Source of the DNA: a virus
Lineage: Duplodnaviria > Caudoviricetes
Reading direction: 5' to 3' (one strand)
DNA: 49,752 nucleotides
Virus record (IMG/VR): IMGVR_UViG_3300025530_000155
Location: 1 to 49,752 of that record
In this document: in pieces, positions 43,883 through 49,752 of the stretch
How the letters are laid out: the number at the start of each line of letters is the position of its first letter
How positions within the stretch are numbered: position 1 is the first letter of the stretch
Position numbers and translations under genes: made by a program
The notes under the pieces: model-generated
The model's input: only the letters and a program-made list of their open reading frames with translations
Databases searched by the model: none
Told to the model about the DNA's origin: nothing

Positions 43883-44500
43883 TCACTTCCTCACGTCACT
43901 GCAAACTTCCAATACCAACATCTTCGGGAAGGTGTCATAGTCCGTAGCAGTGACTTTGAAGGTTTTTTCCTGACCTTGGATTACGAGCGCTACCTGATCG
44001 GTTTCCTTAACAGACAAGGCCGTCGTATAGACTCGGTATTCGGTATCAGGGTGGATACCTGCCTCTATCTGACGAAGATCGCTGGTAACCTTCTCTACGA
44101 AGCAAGGGATGCCCTGAACCTTGACCACCAGTTCGTTCTTCAAGTTGCCCCGCGCGTCTGCCACTTTCTCCAAGCTCTTGATCGTCAGTAGGTGGTTACA
44201 TTTCAGGAGATTACAAACAACGGACAGGGTTGTATTTTTGAACGGCTCGAAGTGCGTCCCGCTGACGACATAGTTCTCGTCCTGCGAGTGGTTGCGTACA
44301 AAATCACCGCTATCTATGTCAACATCGGGAAGAAAGATACCCTCCTTGAAACTCTCCAACTGCTTCATGTTGGTGACGGCCTTGTTCATTCTCCCGATGA
44401 GTGCTTTAGTATCGTAGGACGTAGGGATTCCGTTGACGTACCTAGTTACTGTTACGTCATTCCCTTGTCGCCGGATGATGCGGGCCTTATGATTCATCAT
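43883..44500 (-). CDS. Head closure (stopper) protein
   Basis: Synteny; two beta-barrel-like halves. Confidence 0.55.
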   Translation of the reverse strand: MMNHKARIIRRQGNDVTVTRYVNGIPTSYDTKALIGRMNKAVTNMKQLESFKEGIFLPDVDIDSGDFVRNHSQDENYVVSGTHFEPFKNTTLSVVCNLLKCNHLLTIKSLEKVADARGNLKNELVVKVQGIPCFVEKVTSDLRQIEAGIHPDTEYRVYTTALSVKETDQVALVIQGQEKTFKVTATDYDTFPKMLVLEVCSDVRK

Positions 44501-44927
44501 ACTGCTCCATCACCGCCCTTTTAGAAGGTGCGATAACGAACACTTTAGAGTCTCCGCCCACACCAAACCCTTCAAGCAAGTCCATAGCCCTAGACATCAA
44601 AGTATCGGCCAACTCAGCGTAATCCACAGCCTTGCGTTTCCATGTCACGTCAATGGTCTTGACTTCGATGTCTACACGGCTTGCCATCGACGGGCATAGC
44701 ATAGAAGCGATGATGTAAATGGCGGCAAGGCGAACTTTAGCCTTGTCTACGTCAGGCATATCATAGTAGTTCGGAACGAGGTCGAGGACTTGGAACTCTG
44801 CTACATCGAGAATAGCAGGGTCGTCTATATCTTCATTTGGCAAAATGTCCTCATCGACCCCGCCAAGCAACCGCCTGACAGAATCGTAGAATTGCGTATC
44901 TTGAGCAGGGTCAATGATTAGAGCCAC
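44487..44927 (-). CDS. Head-tail adaptor protein
   Basis: Helical 146-aa protein (VRRLLG..LPNEDI..RLAAIYIIA); synteny. Confidence 0.65.
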   Translation of the reverse strand: MALIIDPAQDTQFYDSVRRLLGGVDEDILPNEDIDDPAILDVAEFQVLDLVPNYYDMPDVDKAKVRLAAIYIIASMLCPSMASRVDIEVKTIDVTWKRKAVDYAELADTLMSRAMDLLEGFGVGGDSKVFVIAPSKRAVMEQYDES

Positions 44928-44940
44928 GACGAACCCTCCC

Positions 44941-45396
44941 TTACAGGACTTCGAGAATCTGCAACACAGGCTGGCTTGCAGAGACGAAGCAAATCTTCTC
45001 TACGCCTTCAAGCTCCGTCGTTTGACCAAAGATCAGACGTTTGGACTTACCGACAACAGCAAGACCGTCCTCGCTGTAATAAATGTCTCCGTAGCCTAGA
45101 TTCTCAATGACCACGGTAGCATTGCGGTTTCTGACGTTGTAGATGTAATCGCTGTAAATTCCCATCTGATGGGAAGTCTCTCGGACTACCTTACGCTCCG
45201 TTGAACGTTCTTCCTTCGGATGTTCCGCCACCGGCTCTTGTGCCGGTTCTTCAACAGGAGTCTCGTCAGCAAGGAAAGACTCCGCCTTAATCTTCGCAAG
45301 CATGGCTTCCAACTCAGCGTTTTTCAGCCCCTTGATCTCAGCCTCGTCCACGCCAAGAGAAACCAGTTCCGCGATCATCTCTTTCTTGGATGCCAT
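44941..45396 (-). CDS. Hypothetical head-associated protein
   Basis: N-terminal HeH/Rho-N-like helices, a linker and a small beta domain; follows the capsid gene. Confidence 0.6.
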   Translation of the reverse strand: MASKKEMIAELVSLGVDEAEIKGLKNAELEAMLAKIKAESFLADETPVEEPAQEPVAEHPKEERSTERKVVRETSHQMGIYSDYIYNVRNRNATVVIENLGYGDIYYSEDGLAVVGKSKRLIFGQTTELEGVEKICFVSASQPVLQILEVL

Positions 45397-45429
45397 CGAC
45401 TTTTCCCCCTTTTGAGGATATAATAAGTG

Positions 45430-45465
45430 AAAAAGGTGGGAGGGATTTCCTCCCTAGCCCACCTT
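45430..45465 (-). terminator. Terminator after the major capsid gene
   Basis: AAGGTGGG..GGGA-GGAAA-TCCC..CCCACCTT, then TTT. Confidence 0.75.
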
Positions 45466-45476
45466 AGTCATTCCGA

Positions 45477-46496
45477 TTAGCCCGAGATCGGCGTCACGAT
45501 GTCAGGCAGAACTACTGCCGAAACCTTGGACACGACCTTCTGAGCGAACCATTCTTCCGTCTCAATCCACAGCGTCTTCGATTCTTCGCTGTAATATTCG
45601 CGGGTCTTTTGGTTACCCACGACATTTGCCGCGGGGTTCGTCCACTGGAACGTGTATGCGGCGGCCGGAACATCGCGGCCCGGATTCGACGGCAGGTACA
45701 TCAGTACGGCGTTGTTGCCCCAAATGTAGTTCGTCATGCCGCCTTCTCCGACCCGGCGTTGAGCAGACGTAGCCTTACGCGCGTTCGCAACGATCAGGTT
45801 GTCCACTTGAAGCAGGTCTTTGATGGCCTCGTCCGAAACGAAGTCCGGCGACAGCCATTCGTTGAACCGGGTCTTGAATTTCGGGTGCATTTTCAGGATG
45901 TTGTAGACCGGCTTCGACAGAACCAGCGTGTTCAGGTTCGGAGCGCCAAGACGCTCGGCCTTTTCACGAAGCTCGAAGATGTCCCGAATCGGGTTGGAGT
46001 TCTCGAAGTCGCTCCACTTCACGATGTCAGGGTTCGTGTTGGCTTCACCGACCGTCACCCGCAGGTCTTCGTGGAAGTTCAGCGGGTTCGTCAGAAGTTC
46101 AGCCGACTTGATTTCCTTGTTAAGAAGGAGCTTCGCCTTGACTTGCTTCGCCGCCATCTCCTTGAGGTTGAAGATACGGTCTTGGTCAGCGTTTGCGATT
46201 TCTTCGTCGTACAGAGCGTAGCGCTTTGCGTACCCTTCGCAGAAGTACGCATCGTCGCTCCATCCAGTACGCATTTCGCTGGCGACCGTACCCGGAGCGC
46301 GACGGATGTCGTCGTCGGCGATCATATGGTCTTGGTAATCGAAGACCATGTAGCGGTCAGACTGCTTGTCAACCTCTACGACCGGAATAACCCGTTCGCC
46401 GATATATACACCGTTCTCCTGATATGCAACGGAGATATTCGTTAGGTATTGGTCGTAGTGGGTGTTCTTAATGTGATGTTGTGGATACGTTGCCAT
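45477..46496 (-). CDS. Major capsid protein (HK97 fold)
   Basis: DQYLTNISVAY, RRAPG, KWSD..SNPIRDI and YIWG motifs; strongly biased codons; followed by a terminator. Confidence 0.88.
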   Translation of the reverse strand: MATYPQHHIKNTHYDQYLTNISVAYQENGVYIGERVIPVVEVDKQSDRYMVFDYQDHMIADDDIRRAPGTVASEMRTGWSDDAYFCEGYAKRYALYDEEIANADQDRIFNLKEMAAKQVKAKLLLNKEIKSAELLTNPLNFHEDLRVTVGEANTNPDIVKWSDFENSNPIRDIFELREKAERLGAPNLNTLVLSKPVYNILKMHPKFKTRFNEWLSPDFVSDEAIKDLLQVDNLIVANARKATSAQRRVGEGGMTNYIWGNNAVLMYLPSNPGRDVPAAAYTFQWTNPAANVVGNQKTREYYSEESKTLWIETEEWFAQKVVSKVSAVVLPDIVTPISG

Positions 46497-46522
46497 GCGT
46501 CAGAACCTCCCCTTTATTACCC

Positions 46523-46942
46523 TTATTGGCCGCTCGCCGGAATGGCGTAGACCTTCGGACGAATCAGGACTTGCACCTTCTGACCGGCAACAGCGCTGTT
46601 TTGTGCTTCGCCAAGAACGTAGGCAACGTCGCCTTCGCTCAGGCTTGAAACACCCTTCGCCTTGCCGCCAGCGGCAACAATGACGTCTTCGCCGAATGCG
46701 ATGTTGCCAGCGGCTTCGATCTCGGCAATACGATCAAGCTGAACAGCTACCGTACTGCCATCACGATCTTCATATTGATACGTGACAACGCCCACGCACG
46801 GGAGGTTATCTTGCTCGGGAACCTCCACTTCACGCGGAGAACCTTCAACGTACTTGACGGCTTGGTCAACGCCGACGGTCTTGTACGTTTCGTTAGCGCG
46901 GAACGTGAACGGGCGCTGGAAACCAGTAACATTACCCGCCAT
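46523..46942 (-). CDS. Capsid cement / decoration protein (DUF2190-like)
   Basis: IEAAGNIAFGEDVIVAAGGKA..LGEAQNSAVAGQKVQVLI; located just upstream of the capsid gene. Confidence 0.75.
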   Translation of the reverse strand: MAGNVTGFQRPFTFRANETYKTVGVDQAVKYVEGSPREVEVPEQDNLPCVGVVTYQYEDRDGSTVAVQLDRIAEIEAAGNIAFGEDVIVAAGGKAKGVSSLSEGDVAYVLGEAQNSAVAGQKVQVLIRPKVYAIPASGQ

Positions 46943-46958
46943 TGTTTGTCATCCTCCT

Positions 46959-48377
46959 TTATTGCGCGGCCTTGGCTTCGAGTTCAGCCAGCGCTTGCTT
47001 CGTCAGTTGTTCAAGGTCGCCGCCCTCTTTCTTGAAGCGAATCATAGCGATTCGAGCGGCTTCTTGACGCATTTCTTCCTTGCTCAGAGTAACAGGAGCC
47101 TCGTCCTTCTTGGCTTCGACTTGTGCTTCCGTGACCTGAGCCGCCGCCTCTTGCACAGCGCCGGAGAACTCTGCCTTCATAGCGGCCAGTTCTTCCTTGA
47201 TTTCATCCACGCTCAGAGTGCGCAGATACTTTTCATAGCGCTCTGCATTGAAGGCGTTTCCGCGAGCCGCGATACCGGCCTTCACCGTGTCTTGAATCAG
47301 GTCTTCGGTAAACTGGTCAGCCAGTTGAGCCTTGGCCGACAGGGATTCAACCTGCTCGTTGGCCTTTGCCAGTTGATCTTCCAGTTCAGAGACACGAGCA
47401 AGAGCCTCTTTCAGTTCGCTGTCCTTTGCCGCAAGAGCCGCCTCATGTTCGCTCTTTGCGACCATTTCTACGGTCGGCTCCGTAGCCGACAGCTTCGTGT
47501 CAGGAGCAACTTGACTCATTTCTTCACGCCCTTTCAGGAACTTTGTGAAATCTCTACGCTCGGAAGTGGTCGTAAAGAGTTGCAGATTTCCTTTCGAGAG
47601 GAAGCAGAATAGCTCTGCACCCATCGGAAGATTCTTAACATCGTCTACAGTATAGAGTTCCATATCTCCGTATTTAACGGGCTTTTGTAGAGACTCTGCT
47701 TGACTGCGACTCAGTTGCTGAGAATCTCCGTCCGTAGACGCCTTTTGAATCAGCGCCCGGTTGACCGCCCCGGCATAGACTAGACTATTCTCGACTCCTT
47801 CTCCGTCTTCGACAATCAGGTCGCAACGGACTTGCTCCCCGTCTACATCATAGGTAAGTCCGGGGATATGTTCACACTTCTCGTAATCCCGAATGCTGTT
47901 CTTGCAGATAGAACATTTCGGGTCATGGATGGCAAAGCCTATAGAAGTGTCAAATACGTGGCCTACCTCGATGTGGTCTGCGATCTGCTGGTTAGTCATG
48001 CCGATCTCAGTGGCGAGTTCTCGCCGTTCTCCGTCTTCGCCGACCATGTGCGTGACGATGTAGTGGTCAATGTAGAGCGTCTTCACGCTCTCTCCGTCAA
48101 CTTCGTCTGCTTGGATTTCAGCATCGAACGTTCTACCGAACGGTAGCCTGCTGTTGTCGTGAGATGCTAGAAGGCCGACACCTTTTTGGTAGTCCTTCTT
48201 GAGTTTTTGAAGCATCTTCTCGGTCAGGTTGATGCTATATTCACCGAACCAGCCCCACCTAGAAATCGGCAGAGTATCGGCAGACAAGCTACGGAAAACG
48301 TACACTTGATCTTCCTTTAGCTCCGTGTGAGAAAGCTTGTTGATCTTCCTCAACTGTGCCGGAGTTGGACGCGGCAT
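46959..48377 (-). CDS. Prohead protease-scaffold fusion
   Basis: LLASHD, DTSIGF, CSIC..CEH and ENSLVYAGA motifs, then a coiled-coil C-half. ATG at 48377 behind AGGGGG. Confidence 0.8.
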   Translation of the reverse strand: MPRPTPAQLRKINKLSHTELKEDQVYVFRSLSADTLPISRWGWFGEYSINLTEKMLQKLKKDYQKGVGLLASHDNSRLPFGRTFDAEIQADEVDGESVKTLYIDHYIVTHMVGEDGERRELATEIGMTNQQIADHIEVGHVFDTSIGFAIHDPKCSICKNSIRDYEKCEHIPGLTYDVDGEQVRCDLIVEDGEGVENSLVYAGAVNRALIQKASTDGDSQQLSRSQAESLQKPVKYGDMELYTVDDVKNLPMGAELFCFLSKGNLQLFTTTSERRDFTKFLKGREEMSQVAPDTKLSATEPTVEMVAKSEHEAALAAKDSELKEALARVSELEDQLAKANEQVESLSAKAQLADQFTEDLIQDTVKAGIAARGNAFNAERYEKYLRTLSVDEIKEELAAMKAEFSGAVQEAAAQVTEAQVEAKKDEAPVTLSKEEMRQEAARIAMIRFKKEGGDLEQLTKQALAELEAKAAQ

Positions 48378-48415
48378 GTGTACACCCCCTAGCACAAATT
48401 ATCCTATCTTCTCGC

Positions 48416-48445
48416 ATTATAAGAGTATGCGTAAGCCCTCTTAAC
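48416..48445 (-). promoter_or_regulatory. Candidate phage late promoter for the head genes
   Basis: GTTAA-N17-CTTATAAT. Confidence 0.6.
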
Positions 48446-48459
48446 AAAGATGGCGTACA

Positions 48460-49752
48460 TCACGTATTGGAAGTGCTATCAGACGACTGAGGGTCTTGCG
48501 GCTGTCGCTCGTCCGGCGCGCCCTTCGGGTCTACCTTACGAACACCAAGCATCTCCCTATCCGGCTCCCCGACAGCCTTATGTCCTGTGATTTCCTCCGC
48601 CGCCTCGTCTTGCGTAATCCAGCCGTTGTCGCGCTTGCGTTGAGCGTTTTGGATTGCAATTTGCTCGAAGTTGACCTTTTCGAGTTCGGTGCGGATTTCC
48701 GTGTCGTTGAACTTGAAGAACACGTACCCCTGCATACCTTTTATATTCAGGTACTTCGTAAGCGCTCTCGACAGAATAGACTCGATCAGACGTTGGATGC
48801 GATGGACAGACTTCATGAAGATTTTGATTTCCATTTTCGCGTACTGCTCTGTCTGCCCGGTGCTTCGCCGCCCCATAAGGGTGGAGAACTGCTTCAAAGC
48901 GTTGTTCATCATCGCGTCAATGACGGCCATGATCTTTTGAGGGTCAACCATAGCCTTGGATGCTTCCACCATGTCAACCTCGACAGAATCGAAGTGAACG
49001 AATGCGGCGTCGGGGTCGAGCTTCGAGTACATGTCAATGATGAGTTGTAGCTGTTGATTCAGCCACTCCTGCTTCTTTGCTTCGTTGTTGCGAATGCTGA
49101 TCGGCATACGCTTGAGCAGAACTTCCTCGATGATCTTGATGTCGTACTTTCCATACCCCTGATTGTGGATGATAGCCTTCAAGTCTTCCAGCACCTGCAA
49201 GTGGAAGGCAATCGTCTGAATGACCGAAAGGAACGGAGAGGTTCCATAAGGGTCGGTCGCCGTTTCGTCAAGACCTTCGTAGAAGAACGTCGGAATGTCA
49301 AGCTTTATCTTTCCTGTAGAAGCGTTCTGATACGGAATCAGACGACCATTTTTACGATCAAACATGATAGTGTCCGGGTCTACAGCCGTAAAGTACAGAA
49401 CGTCTTCAAAATTCCTGTCCATGACCATTTCAATAGCTGTGGCCCCGCGAATCAGCGCGTGTTCGATCAACTCATCGGCAAGCTTGTCGATGCTTCTCGT
49501 CTTCTCGAACCCCTCACTGGAGTAGTAATCCAGCCGAAGAAGAAAATCGTCGATCAACTTTTGGCCGGACTTGTGTTCCGTCTTCCCGTCCAGCAGGGTG
49601 ACCTTTACGCGGTATCCTGAGTTCCCGATAATCTTGAAGTTCCAAACTGCCTGAGACACGTCAGGATGGTTGTTCTTCAAAATCTCAAGGATTTTCTTCG
49701 GAGGATATCGCTTCAAGGTCTGTTCTGTGATTCTCATATATTTGGTCGGGTT
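48460..49752 (-). CDS. Portal protein (5'-truncated by the window edge)
   Basis: VDPDTI, DPYGTSPF and GWITQDEAAEEI motifs; the frame is open to the window end; upstream of the protease. Confidence 0.85.
   Translation of the reverse strand, partial: NPTKYMRITEQTLKRYPPKKILEILKNNHPDVSQAVWNFKIIGNSGYRVKVTLLDGKTEHKSGQKLIDDFLLRLDYYSSEGFEKTRSIDKLADELIEHALIRGATAIEMVMDRNFEDVLYFTAVDPDTIMFDRKNGRLIPYQNASTGKIKLDIPTFFYEGLDETATDPYGTSPFLSVIQTIAFHLQVLEDLKAIIHNQGYGKYDIKIIEEVLLKRMPISIRNNEAKKQEWLNQQLQLIIDMYSKLDPDAAFVHFDSVEVDMVEASKAMVDPQKIMAVIDAMMNNALKQFSTLMGRRSTGQTEQYAKMEIKIFMKSVHRIQRLIESILSRALTKYLNIKGMQGYVFFKFNDTEIRTELEKVNFEQIAIQNAQRKRDNGWITQDEAAEEITGHKAVGEPDREMLGVRKVDPKGAPDERQPQDPQSSDSTSNT

Noticed and set aside
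45420-45448. Sixth copy of the late promoter (CTTATTAT)
   Set aside because: There is no GTT-type -35 word at the expected distance, and the region overlaps the capsid terminator.
1-49752. tRNA, rRNA, CRISPR arrays, IS transposases, contractile sheath
   Set aside because: None was recognised. The intergenic gaps are short and mostly accounted for by terminators, promoters or the motifs listed.

Overview
This window is part of a large siphovirus-type phage (or prophage) of a spore-forming Bacillota host, inferred from GGAGG-type RBSs, SLH domains and a SigF/G-like sigma factor. The left end (+ strand, 1-2321) encodes a Gam-like nuclease inhibitor, a sigma factor and a dUTPase. A minus-strand lysis cassette (2418-4074) and a lone + strand XerC/D-like recombinase (4175-5044) follow. 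The remaining ~44 kb is a minus-strand virion region. In transcription order it holds: portal (partial), protease-scaffold, cement, major capsid, head-tail connectors, tail tube, an inserted GIY-YIG endonuclease, a frameshifted tail chaperone, tape measure, SLH-bearing distal tail proteins, an M23 tail hub, accessory tail genes, and two tandem paralogous appendage/adhesin operons. Most notable: (i) the duplicated operons look like pilus-style fibres with a subunit and tip adhesin; (ii) a perfect 13-bp quasi-palindrome lies before four of their genes, next to a tyrosine recombinase with a dif-like word in its promoter; (iii) the endonuclease insert is bounded by a 14-bp direct repeat that gives it the tail gene's C-terminus; (iv) a structured RNA leader has an anti-SD loop; (v) SLH domains occur in tail proteins; (vi) a recurrent candidate phage promoter is present. 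All calls come from reading the sequence and recognising motifs by eye; no searches were run.
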